From an uncultured bacterium (GTDB taxonomy: Bacteria > Krumholzibacteriota > Krumholzibacteriia > JACNKJ01), in NCBI GenBank assembly GCA_964410395.1, contig CAYPGS010000010.1, positions 16,668 through 80,667 of the forward strand: a DNA stretch of 64,000 nt. The letters run 5' to 3'. Under the pieces are notes generated by a model. The model was not told the DNA's origin, did not search any database, and saw only the letters and a list, made by a program, of their open reading frames with translations. Both the position numbers and the translations under genes were made by a program. Shown piece by piece: positions 17,038 to 25,280 of this stretch (within the stretch, counting starts at the first letter, position 1; every line of letters begins with the position of its first letter).

Positions 17038-18832
17038 AGCGCTCCCTCCAATCCTCGTCGTCCTCGAGGGGCGGCTGCTCGTCCTTGTCGAGAAGGAAGC
17101 CGTCCAGATAGAGGTGGTCCATTTCCGTGCGCATGAAGCAGAGGTAGGCGTCCTCCGGCGAGCAGACGATGGGTTCGCCACGCACGTTGAAAGACGTGTT
17201 GATGATGACGGGACAGCCGTACTTGCGCTCGAAGGCCGCGATCATGTCGTAGTAGAGTGGATGATCCTTGCGAGCGACGGTCTGGATGCGCGCGCTGCAG
17301 TCCACGTGGGTCACGGCGGGGATGTCCGAGCGCGGCACCTTGAGCATGTCCAGCCCTTGAAGCGTGTCCTGGCCGTGGTCACGGCGCACGCGCGGATGCA
17401 CCCCGGCCACCAGGAGCATGTAGGGACTGGGGCGGTTCAACTCGAACCACTGGCTGGCCTTGTCCTCCAGGGCCGACGGCGCGAAGGGCCTGAAGCTCTC
17501 GCGGTACTTGATCTTCAGGTTCATGGTGGTCTGCATCTCGGTGGAACGCGCATCCCCGAGGATGCTTCTCGCGCCCAGGGCGCGGGGGCCGAATTCCATG
17601 CGACCGCGGAACCAGCCCACCACGGCTCCTCCGGCGATGAGGTCGGCCACCTTCTCGGGAACTTCGTCATCGGGCAAGGCCTCGTGGGGAATTCCACGGC
17701 GCCGAAGCATTGACTCGATATCGTTCCGCGGGAAGGCCGGCCCCAGAAGCGATGCCCGCTGAGCGTCGCGTCCATTGCATCGGCGCTCACCCTGCATCAA
17801 CCGATGCCAGGCGAAGAGCGCCGCGCCAAGTGCGCCTCCGGCGTCGCCGGCGGCCGGCTGGATCCAGATGTCGTCGAAAGGACCCTCACGCAGGATTCGG
17901 CCATTGGCCACGCAGTTGAGGGCAACGCCACCGGCCAAACAGAGATTGGACTCGCCGGTTCGCTCGTGAACGTGCCGCGCCATGCGAAGCATGATCGTCT
18001 CTGTGACATCCTGAATGGATCGGGCCAGGTCCATGTGCCGCTGTTCGAGCTCCGATTCGGGGGCTCGGGGCGGACCGCCGAAGAGCTCGGCGAAGCGACC
18101 GTTGGTCATGGTGAGGCCCGAACAGTAGTTGAAGCAATCCATGTTCATTCGGAACGAACCGTCGTCCTTCAGGTCGATGAGCTCGTCGAGGATGAGGTCC
18201 GCGTAGCGCGGCTCACCGTAGGGCGCGAGCCCCATGACCTTGTACTCGCCGGAGTTCACCCGGAAGCCGGTGTAGTAGGTGAAAGCCGAATAGAGGAGTC
18301 CGAGTGAGTGGGGAAACTTCAGGTCGGCCTGGATCTCGAGGTCGCGACCGTCTCCGCGGCCGAAGCTCGCGGTGGTCCACTCGCCGACGCCGTCCACGGT
18401 GAGGAAGGCGGCCCTCTCGAAGGGCGAAGGGAAGAAGGCCGAGGCGGCGTGGGATTCGTGGTGTTCGGGAAAAAGCATCTCGCCTTCAAAGTCGAGTTCG
18501 CGCGCGATGAGATCCTTGATCCACAACTTCCTCTTCAGCCAGAGGGGCATGGACTTGAGGAAGGACGGCAAGCCTCTGGGCGCGGTGGCGAGGTAGCTTT
18601 CCAGAAGTCTCTCGAACTTGAGCAGCGGCTTCTCATAGAACACCACCGCATCGAGATCGGCGCATTGGATTCCCGCCTGGTTCAGGCAGTTATCGATGGC
18701 GTGGGATGGAAAGTCCAGGTCGTGCTTGCGTCGCGTGAAGCGTTCTTCCTGAGCGGCGGCCAGGATCTCGCCGTCTCCCAGGAGGCAGGCGGCACTATCA
18801 TGATAGAAGGCCGAGATCCCCAGTATCTTCAT
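17024..18832 (-). CDS. Carbamoyltransferase (NodU/CmcH/SxtI family, Kae1/HypF-like N-terminal domain)
   Basis: MKILGISAFYHDSAACLLGDGEILAAAQEERFTRRKHDLDFP… is the canonical N-terminus of NodU-family O-carbamoyltransferases. 602 aa. RBS GAGGTG lies 4 nt upstream of the ATG at 18830-18832. Confidence 0.85.
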   Translation of the reverse strand: MKILGISAFYHDSAACLLGDGEILAAAQEERFTRRKHDLDFPSHAIDNCLNQAGIQCADLDAVVFYEKPLLKFERLLESYLATAPRGLPSFLKSMPLWLKRKLWIKDLIARELDFEGEMLFPEHHESHAASAFFPSPFERAAFLTVDGVGEWTTASFGRGDGRDLEIQADLKFPHSLGLLYSAFTYYTGFRVNSGEYKVMGLAPYGEPRYADLILDELIDLKDDGSFRMNMDCFNYCSGLTMTNGRFAELFGGPPRAPESELEQRHMDLARSIQDVTETIMLRMARHVHERTGESNLCLAGGVALNCVANGRILREGPFDDIWIQPAAGDAGGALGAALFAWHRLMQGERRCNGRDAQRASLLGPAFPRNDIESMLRRRGIPHEALPDDEVPEKVADLIAGGAVVGWFRGRMEFGPRALGARSILGDARSTEMQTTMNLKIKYRESFRPFAPSALEDKASQWFELNRPSPYMLLVAGVHPRVRRDHGQDTLQGLDMLKVPRSDIPAVTHVDCSARIQTVARKDHPLYYDMIAAFERKYGCPVIINTSFNVRGEPIVCSPEDAYLCFMRTEMDHLYLDGFLLDKDEQPPLEDDEDWRERYELD

Positions 18833-18997
18833 CCGCACCTCACAAAGATTCACGCTAACCACACAAAGGCATTTTAGCACAGTTACTTGGACGGATCGGC
18901 CGGGGATCTCGAAAAACTTGCTATTCTTCTAGCGTGAATGTTTTCAGTCGGATAGAATCAAACACTGATTGGAAGACTCCCCCGAAGGAGTGGCTCC

Positions 18998-20173
18998 ATG
19001 AGCGGAAGAGGTGCAAGGGCCTGGTTTTCGCGAGGCGTTCTGTTGTTGCTGGGACTCCTCTTCGGACTGATTTCGGCCGAGGTCCTGCTCCGTCTCTACT
19101 TCGTCGCGGTTCCAGCACCCAGCGATGCCCCCTATCTCGCCGAGGCGATGGCCGACTACATTCGCAGACCCACCCGGGAAGGCGAGGCCGTCGCCAATCC
19201 CGACGATCGCATCAACTCGCTGGGCTTCCGAGATCGAGAGCCGATGGATCCCAAGAGCGAGACGAGTTTCCGGATACTGGGCATCGGCGATTCCTTCGTC
19301 TTCAGTCTCGTTCCCCTCGAAGAGAATTTCCTGCGTGTGGCCGAGCGTGAACTCGATGAGGCAATCGAGAGACCTTTCGACCAGGCCGAGATGATCTTCA
19401 TGGGCATGGGCGCGTGGTCGCCAGAAAACGAAGTCGGCGCACTCGAGTCCATAGGACTGCGACTCGACGCGGATTTCGCCCTGCTCAACTTCTTCGTGGG
19501 CAACGACGTGACCGACATCCCGCTAAAGGGCAAGGTTCTGCGGGGACGCCTCTACTATGTCGGATCGCCCTATCCAGCGTTGAACCTGTTGCGGAAATCA
19601 ATGGTCTATACTCTCGTCGAGCGGAATCTGCTCTATCGACTGCGGGACCGTCTCGTCGAGCGTCATGTGGACGCAAGGGTCGAGACGACGCGAGAGTTGA
19701 TCATTCCCGACTCGCGGGACAGCAAAGCCGCACTGCCCTCGCACTACCTTCACCATCAGTTGAAGAGGCTTCCCGTCTACGAGGCGGATTCCGATTCGCG
19801 AATGGAGAAGCTTTGGGGGCGAGCCGAGAAGGCCATCGAACGCTTCGACTCCCTCTGCCGAGGGGCGAATCTACCCTGGGCACTGCACCTGATCCCCTCC
19901 GAAATTCAGGTGGACCGACAGGTTCGCCAGCGGGTGCTCGAAGCGCTCGGCCGCGACGCCGCGGACTACGACTTCGACCATCCCCAGAAGCGTCTGCGTG
20001 CCTTCGCTGAGTCCCGAGGAATACGAGTGGTCGATCCCATGGCAAAGATGCGGCAGGCGCACAGCCCCGCGGACCCGCTCTACATCCAGTTCGATACGCA
20101 CTGGAACGCCCGGGGCAACCGCATCGCCGGCGAGATCCTCGCGGATTCCCTGTTGTCGTGGATTATCCAGTGA
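18998..20173 (+). CDS. SGNH/GDSL hydrolase family protein, AlgX/AlgJ-like (probable polysaccharide O-acetyltransferase/esterase)
   Basis: Signal/TM segment LLLLGLLFGLISA. Block I GIGDSFVF and C-terminal FDTHWNARGNRIAGE (the DTHW block of AlgX/AlgJ). RBS GAAGGAG. Confidence 0.7.
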   Translation: MSGRGARAWFSRGVLLLLGLLFGLISAEVLLRLYFVAVPAPSDAPYLAEAMADYIRRPTREGEAVANPDDRINSLGFRDREPMDPKSETSFRILGIGDSFVFSLVPLEENFLRVAERELDEAIERPFDQAEMIFMGMGAWSPENEVGALESIGLRLDADFALLNFFVGNDVTDIPLKGKVLRGRLYYVGSPYPALNLLRKSMVYTLVERNLLYRLRDRLVERHVDARVETTRELIIPDSRDSKAALPSHYLHHQLKRLPVYEADSDSRMEKLWGRAEKAIERFDSLCRGANLPWALHLIPSEIQVDRQVRQRVLEALGRDAADYDFDHPQKRLRAFAESRGIRVVDPMAKMRQAHSPADPLYIQFDTHWNARGNRIAGEILADSLLSWIIQ

Positions 20174-20179
20174 GGGAGG

Positions 20180-20482
20180 CTAGGCCTTCTGCCCCAGTTC
20201 CCTCAGTCGCTCATAGGTGAAGATGCCGGTGGAGTGGCCGTCGCTGAAGACGATCTGGATCGCATAGTGACCGACGGCATCGATGCGGACGGGATGAACG
20301 TCTTCGGCGACGGTATCGGGATCGAGCAGAGGGCGGCCGGTCATCTCCTCAACGCACTGAGCGCAGGGGCAGGCCAGGCGCAGGAAGCGGGCGGCGTAGC
20401 TGCTGCGATGGCCGTCCTTCCAGAGGATGCTCACATCGTGCTGACCCTCGCGCGTGATCTCTACAGGTGTCGTTCGCTCCAT
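20180..20482 (-). CDS. DUF971 family protein
   Basis: 100 aa with ACPCAQCVEE, typical of DUF971 (gamma-butyrobetaine hydroxylase-like N-terminal domain). Lies 10 nt downstream of mrp. Confidence 0.75.
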   Translation of the reverse strand: MERTTPVEITREGQHDVSILWKDGHRSSYAARFLRLACPCAQCVEEMTGRPLLDPDTVAEDVHPVRIDAVGHYAIQIVFSDGHSTGIFTYERLRELGQKA

Positions 20483-20492
20483 AATAATCCCC

Positions 20493-21569
20493 CTAGAAAC
20501 TGATCTTCACGGCGTCGCTCTGATCCATAGCGCGGATGCTCACCTGGGCCGCCATCTGCGCGGCGATGGCCTGGAAGGCGCGTGCGAGTTCGCTGTTAGG
20601 ATCGGCCGCGACCGTCGGCGCGCCGGCGTCGCTGTCCTCGCGGATCTGGGTGGACAGGGGCAGTTCGCCAAGGAAGGGCAGCCCGAGTCTCGTGGCCGCC
20701 TTCTTGGTGCCGCCGGTTCCGAAGATGTAGTCCTTCTCGCCGCAACTCGGGCAGGAGTAGTAGCTCATGTTCTCGACCAGACCGAGTACCGGAGTCTTGA
20801 GCGAATTGAAGAGGCTGATGGCCTTCTGCGCGACCTTGAGGGCGACATCCTGGGGCGTGGACACCACCACCGCGCCGGTGAGGGCGATCTTCTGGCAGAG
20901 CGACAGCTGCACGTCGCCGGTGCCGGGGGGCAGGTCTACGATCATGTAGTCCAGCTCGCCCCACTCGACGTTGGCGATGAACTCGTCGATCATCTTAACG
21001 AGCATGGGTCCGCGCCAGACCACGGCCTGCTCCTCATCGAGGAAGAAGCCCATGCTGATGAACTTCACGCCGTGCTTCTCGGCGGGCAGGATGCGGTTCT
21101 CTTCGATCTGCGGCTTGGCGTCGCTGCCCATGATGGTGGGAACGCTGGGGCCGTAGATGTCCAGGTCCATGAGGCCCACCCGCGCTCCGGTCTGCGCCAG
21201 AGCGAGAGCCAGGTTCACGCTGACGGTGCTCTTGCCCACGCCGCCCTTTCCGCTGGCCACGGGGATCATGTGCTTCACGCCGGGAATCGTCTGCGGACCC
21301 GCTGGCTGCGCGGCGGCCTGGCGCACGCTGGCGGTCATGTTCACGTCCACTGAATCCACGCCGTCGAGGGCAAGCACCAGGGATTCGGCCTGCGACTTGA
21401 ACTGGTCCTTCACCGGACAGGCCGGCGTGGTCAGCTCGATGTCGAAGGCGACCTTGCCGCCATCGATCTTCAGGTTCTTCACGAAGCCGAGAGACACGAT
21501 GTCGCGCCCCAGGTCCGGGTCCATGATCTGACTGAGGGCTGCGAGGATGGCTTTCTCGTCGGCGGGCAT
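20493..21569 (-). CDS. apbC: Mrp/NBP35 family Fe-S cluster carrier ATPase (ApbC)
   Basis: N-terminal DUF59-like region, then the deviant Walker A ASGKGGVGKSTVSVNLA, with the CPSCGEKD/CxxC site near the C-terminus. Confidence 0.9.
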   Translation of the reverse strand: MPADEKAILAALSQIMDPDLGRDIVSLGFVKNLKIDGGKVAFDIELTTPACPVKDQFKSQAESLVLALDGVDSVDVNMTASVRQAAAQPAGPQTIPGVKHMIPVASGKGGVGKSTVSVNLALALAQTGARVGLMDLDIYGPSVPTIMGSDAKPQIEENRILPAEKHGVKFISMGFFLDEEQAVVWRGPMLVKMIDEFIANVEWGELDYMIVDLPPGTGDVQLSLCQKIALTGAVVVSTPQDVALKVAQKAISLFNSLKTPVLGLVENMSYYSCPSCGEKDYIFGTGGTKKAATRLGLPFLGELPLSTQIREDSDAGAPTVAADPNSELARAFQAIAAQMAAQVSIRAMDQSDAVKISF

Positions 21570-21662
21570 GTCGCGCTCCTGGTTCGAGTTCCGGTTAAAC
21601 TGCTAAACCCGTGGCGATGAATCAAGCGCTTCGAAGGCCAGGAAGCCAGGTTCGAAAGACCC

Positions 21663-21692
21663 TTACAAAACGATCGGGAATTCGCCTATAAT
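21663..21692 (+). promoter_or_regulatory. Sigma70-type promoter (TTACAA, 18-nt spacer, TATAAT); the -10 box is bracketed by the inverted repeat TTCGCC…GGCGAA
   Basis: A perfect TATAAT at 21687-21692 is flanked by ttcgcc / ggcgaa. It lies 37 nt upstream of the start of gene 21730. Confidence 0.4.
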
Positions 21693-21729
21693 CGCGAAGG
21701 CGAAGGATGGGCAGAATGAGGAGGATGGT

Positions 21730-22482
21730 ATGCGTATCGAAAGCATGTCGGTGTGTTGCGTGTTCCTGATATCGCTGATTCCGAGCGTCGCGATGGGCTA
21801 CGGGTTCTCAATCACCTGCGCCCAGTATCCTGCCATGCAAATGGACGACTTCAGGATCACCGTCCACAACAGCGCTGCTTACGCAATCGCACCCGAGTGC
21901 GAGGAACCCTGGGATTCCGATTGGACATGTTCGGTGGTCGACGAGGGCTCGGGAGTCAGCACGGTCGAGTTCAATGGGGCGACGCCCCTGTCCACCTCCT
22001 TCGCCCACAATTTCAAGATTCTGGACAACATCACGCCCGGCAGTTTCATGACCCATCGAGCCACCTGGATCGGAGGCGGAACTCCCTACCCGGTTTCCCT
22101 CCCCGTGGTGGAGTTCGAGGCAAACGTCGCGGGTGATGAGGTCACGGTGAAGATCCGGAATGACTACTCGGTAAACATCAATATCTGGGAAGTTCACTAC
22201 AAGACCATGAGCAACCCCTATCCGATCGAGGATCTCGATCTAGGCACCAGCTCCATGACCTGGGTCCCCGAGTTCCAGAACTACTCGCTCGAGATCGCTG
22301 AGGAGATTTCCTTCAGCATCGTCATGCACCCCTACCAGGACGAGGTGCTGGTCAGAGTGCACTCCGCCTTTTCGGACACACCCACGATCAACTCGTACAA
22401 CCACACCCAGATGGGCGTGTCGGAGATGCAGACTTCCACGGCGGTCGAAACCTGGAGCGGAGTCAAAACACGGTACGAATAG
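21730..22482 (+). CDS. Small secreted protein, tandem paralog B1, with C-terminal motif …TAVETWSGVKTRYE
   Basis: RBS GAGGAGG. Signal peptide MSVCCVFLISLIPSVAMG. Paralogous to 22494..23267 (shared H-MD-F-I-V-D/H motif near the N-terminus). Confidence 0.6.
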   Translation: MRIESMSVCCVFLISLIPSVAMGYGFSITCAQYPAMQMDDFRITVHNSAAYAIAPECEEPWDSDWTCSVVDEGSGVSTVEFNGATPLSTSFAHNFKILDNITPGSFMTHRATWIGGGTPYPVSLPVVEFEANVAGDEVTVKIRNDYSVNINIWEVHYKTMSNPYPIEDLDLGTSSMTWVPEFQNYSLEIAEEISFSIVMHPYQDEVLVRVHSAFSDTPTINSYNHTQMGVSEMQTSTAVETWSGVKTRYE

Positions 22483-22493
22483 AGGAGGGTGGT

Positions 22494-23267
22494 ATGGGAT
22501 TCTCGAAGGTTCTTCTTGCGTTCGCATCGGTGTTGCTGCTGTCGCCGATGGCCGCGCAGGCTTTTACGTATTCGGTGACGGCCAGCCACGCTCAGGAGCA
22601 TCCCATGGACAACTTCGAGATCGAAGTGCGTGATCACAATGGCTACGATCCCGTCTTTCCCAGCGTGCGTCTGCCCCAAGGGCTTGGCTGGAATTTCGAG
22701 AATGTCAGCACAGGCGAGCCCGGCGTGGCGATCGCGCGCTTCTATGGAGGCACGCCCATTCCTCAGGGCGGAGCACACGTCTTCGGCTTCGACAACGATG
22801 ACTACGAGGGCATGACCCAGATTCAGGAGGTCTACTGGACACTTGGCGAGGCCCAATTCAAGCTGGCCCAGCCCGCGGTGGACACGCGCTACGATCCCAA
22901 CCAATTCATCGCCACGGTGAAGTTGAAGAACAACGACGACGCCATGACCATCGTCATGAACGCGGTGAAGTACAAGGTGGTCTTCGAGCCGGAGATTCTG
23001 GACAACCTCGACTACGATCATCACCCGCAGGAGACCTTCACCTACATGGGCACGATGCCGGCGATTATCGAGCATGGCCAGTCGATCGAGTTCACGGCGA
23101 CCGTGGATCCCGGAAGTTATCTGATGCTCTATTTCCAGGGAGTCTTCCCCATCGGAAATCGGGACTACTGCACCGTGCCCTTCATCGCGCATCTCCAGTT
23201 GAGCACGGACGAGATGGTCACCACGGCCGCGGACACCTGGAGCGAAGTCAAGACGCTCTACGAATAG
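22494..23267 (+). CDS. Small secreted protein, tandem paralog B2, with C-terminal motif …TAADTWSEVKTLYE
   Basis: RBS GAGGAGGG. Signal peptide MGFSKVLLAFASVLLLSPMAAQA. Confidence 0.6.
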   Translation: MGFSKVLLAFASVLLLSPMAAQAFTYSVTASHAQEHPMDNFEIEVRDHNGYDPVFPSVRLPQGLGWNFENVSTGEPGVAIARFYGGTPIPQGGAHVFGFDNDDYEGMTQIQEVYWTLGEAQFKLAQPAVDTRYDPNQFIATVKLKNNDDAMTIVMNAVKYKVVFEPEILDNLDYDHHPQETFTYMGTMPAIIEHGQSIEFTATVDPGSYLMLYFQGVFPIGNRDYCTVPFIAHLQLSTDEMVTTAADTWSEVKTLYE

Positions 23268-23270
23268 GAA

Positions 23271-23576
23271 TCAGAGACCGAGTTCGGCGCGCTTCTCGGC
23301 GGCCGTGGGCAGCGGATCCTCCTGATCGCTGACCACGGGCAGTTCGGGAGCGCGCTCGGCGTTGATGGCGATCCATTTCTGCTGATCGGCCGGCACTTCG
23401 CTCTCCTCGTAGATCGCTTCCACGGGACACTCGGGCACGCAGGCCGCGCAGTCGATGCACTCCTCCGGATCGATGTAGAGCATCTTGTCGTCGCCGTGGA
23501 AGCAGTCCACGGGGCAGACGGTGACGCAGTCGGTGAAGCGGCAGTTCTCGCAGTTTCCGGTGACGACGAAGGCCAT
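23271..23576 (-). CDS. fdxA: 7Fe ferredoxin (3Fe-4S plus 4Fe-4S, Azotobacter FdxA type)
   Basis: MAFVVTGNCENCRFTDCVTVCPVDCFHGDDKMLYIDPEECIDCAACVPECPVEAIY shows the cysteine spacing of 7Fe ferredoxins. The track ORF extends upstream with an Arg-rich, implausible N-terminus. Confidence 0.85.
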   Translation of the reverse strand: MAFVVTGNCENCRFTDCVTVCPVDCFHGDDKMLYIDPEECIDCAACVPECPVEAIYEESEVPADQQKWIAINAERAPELPVVSDQEDPLPTAAEKRAELGL

Positions 23577-23599
23577 GACGTCTCGCTTTCGATGAGGGC

Positions 23600-23682
23600 T
23601 GTGCATCGAAATAGCGAGTGCGAGGCCCCTAGTCAAGAGCCAAAGTCCTTGAAATAATTGGAGTTCCAGGTATGGAAATGGA
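23600..23682 (-). promoter_or_regulatory. Candidate fdxA promoter (TTGACT, 17-nt spacer, TATTTC) with an upstream AT-rich UP-like element, CCTGGAACTCCAATTATTTCAAGGACTTTGG
   Basis: The AT-rich element lies immediately upstream of the -35 box. A near-identical element occurs upstream of yyaL (27600-27638). Confidence 0.35.
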
Positions 23683-24420
23683 CTAGTCGGCCAGCCTGAA
23701 GCGCCAGGCGCAGAACCACTCGTCCGGATGGGCATCCGGCGGGCAGGCCACGCAATCGCACTCGATGCGCGGATCGATGGCCGCCGCGAAGGTGCTGTAC
23801 TCCACCACGCCACCCGATTTGCAGGGATAGTCGGCCAGGCCCTTCCGCTTGCGCGCGGCCTGCACGCGGCAGTTGACCATCTTGAAGAGGAGCGAGCCGT
23901 CCTCCTCCCACTCGATGGCCTGTTCGTTGATGCGCGCGTAGAGACGGAACTGAAGGGCGGTGGCGAGAGCCTCCAGGCCACCCTCCTCGGGCAACTCGAG
24001 CAGCTTCTTGATGCGCCGCGCCTCGAAGGGCGAGTAGCCGCTCCAGGCCGCGTCGTTGCAGGCCTTGGCCGTGTCCATATCGTGGGTCTGTTCCACGGCC
24101 TGGAACCAGACGCCGTCGTTCACCAGCCAGTTCACCGAGAGCGCGTCGAGCAGGCCGAGCAGCTGCTCGCGATTCATCTCGCGAAGGGCCGAGGGCATGC
24201 CATCGGTCGTTTCGAATCCCGCGTTCTTGCCGAGCCGATCCACCTGGATGGGCAGGCCTCGCTCGAAGGCTTTCTCCTCGGCCTCGAAAGCGCCCTCCAG
24301 ACCGAGCTTCTTCTCGGCCTCTCGGAACCAGAGAGCGTGATGGGTGAGAGTGCGGCGAAAGGCGTCCACCGCGAAGGAGAGAAGCTGCTGCTGATCAAGG
24401 TCATCGAAAGAGCGGGTCAC
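23683..24420 (-). CDS. Hypothetical cytoplasmic protein with a C-terminal Cys cluster (CRVQ…YPCKSGG…CDCVACPPD)
   Basis: The 245-aa ORF has protein-like composition. The opposite-strand ORF 23728..24639 is Arg/Gly-rich and looks like antisense. Confidence 0.55.
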   Translation of the reverse strand: MTRSFDDLDQQQLLSFAVDAFRRTLTHHALWFREAEKKLGLEGAFEAEEKAFERGLPIQVDRLGKNAGFETTDGMPSALREMNREQLLGLLDALSVNWLVNDGVWFQAVEQTHDMDTAKACNDAAWSGYSPFEARRIKKLLELPEEGGLEALATALQFRLYARINEQAIEWEEDGSLLFKMVNCRVQAARKRKGLADYPCKSGGVVEYSTFAAAIDPRIECDCVACPPDAHPDEWFCAWRFRLAD

Positions 24421-24763
24421 ATCGGCTCCCTTCAGGGTGTTTCAATTGGGCGACATGATAGCCTCACTCGACCCCGGTTTTCCACTGGGCATCTGGCGGT
24501 GACGGACACACTTCGTTCCGACAACCGGCGTTTACGCCGCTGCTCTCAACTCAATCCCATCGAGAACTCTCGGCACCGGGTCCTGCCTTGCGCACAGGGC
24601 CGAAGGTCCAGCGCTACGCCAATGTTTTCATGCAGCTAGAGTGCGGAGAGAACTGCTCCGGGCTCCGGCCCTGGCACATGAAGACTTCGCCGAGAGTGGG
24701 CCCGGATTCTGGCGCGCACGGTGCAATCTTCATCGAACATTCCTCTAAGCCAAGGAGTGTTTC

Positions 24764-25213
24764 ATGAGATACCGAACTCACAGGGTCCTGGCATTCTTCA
24801 TTCTCGTCTCGCTGACGATCTTCGGATGCACCCAGAGTCCCTCTGATCCAGATCTGAACTTCCCATCGGATCGCGAGGGGTTCTCTCAGATAGCGGACGT
24901 CGTAACCGTGAAGTTCATCACCTACGACGCAGCCAGCGGCGAGGAGATCGCCACGGGCACCATGACGAATATTCCCGGATGTGAGGCCGTCATCATTCGC
25001 GATGATGATATCTTCGACAGGGTCTGCGGAGACGATGACTGGGTCGCCTTTCCCGATCATCTGCAGTTCTGCGACGAACCCATCTACTATCAGAATGACG
25101 ATGGAAAGGTGGCCATCTGCGCCGCTGAAGATTGCGATCTGACCCTCGGTGAGCAGTTTGAGCTCTACCAATACGCGTCGGGAACGTCCAATCTTCCCGG
25201 CGACGGAGTCTGA
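24764..25213 (+). CDS. Hypothetical lipoprotein (acidic, Cys-containing), in a lower-GC patch
   Basis: Signal peptide with lipobox LTIFGC. RBS AAGGAG lies 7 nt upstream. Confidence 0.55.
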   Translation: MRYRTHRVLAFFILVSLTIFGCTQSPSDPDLNFPSDREGFSQIADVVTVKFITYDAASGEEIATGTMTNIPGCEAVIIRDDDIFDRVCGDDDWVAFPDHLQFCDEPIYYQNDDGKVAICAAEDCDLTLGEQFELYQYASGTSNLPGDGV

Positions 25214-25233
25214 GCTCCGGGGTGCTACCTCAT

Positions 25234-25262
25234 CTACACCCCGCGAGTGTGTCGGGGTGTAG
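25234..25262. terminator. Bidirectional terminator hairpin between two convergent genes
   Basis: A perfect 10-bp stem CTACACCCCG-cgagtgtgt-CGGGGTGTAG. Confidence 0.6.
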
Positions 25263-25280
25263 ACTTTCGATATCCTAGCC

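Noticed and set aside
23271-23981. 236-aa version of the ferredoxin ORF, and the 465-aa-style N-terminal extensions on several genes (carbamoyltransferase 18880, M20 peptidase 37760, DUF1028 40398, IscS-like 40289, SBP 59249, ATPase 60162, ccoP 33610)
   Set aside because: The extensions are Arg/Pro/Ser-rich and lack an RBS. Internal ATG/GTG codons with Shine-Dalgarno sequences and signal peptides or canonical N-termini give the biologically sensible starts.
24421-24763. 340-bp non-coding gap as a possible ncRNA or riboswitch
   Set aside because: It contains some stem-forming GC stretches, but I cannot recognise any known riboswitch or sRNA consensus by eye. Left unannotated. A covariance-model (Rfam-style) scan would settle it.
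24614-25171. 185-aa minus-strand ORF overlapping the lipoprotein gene
   Set aside because: Antisense to an ORF with RBS, lipobox signal peptide and coherent composition. No motifs.
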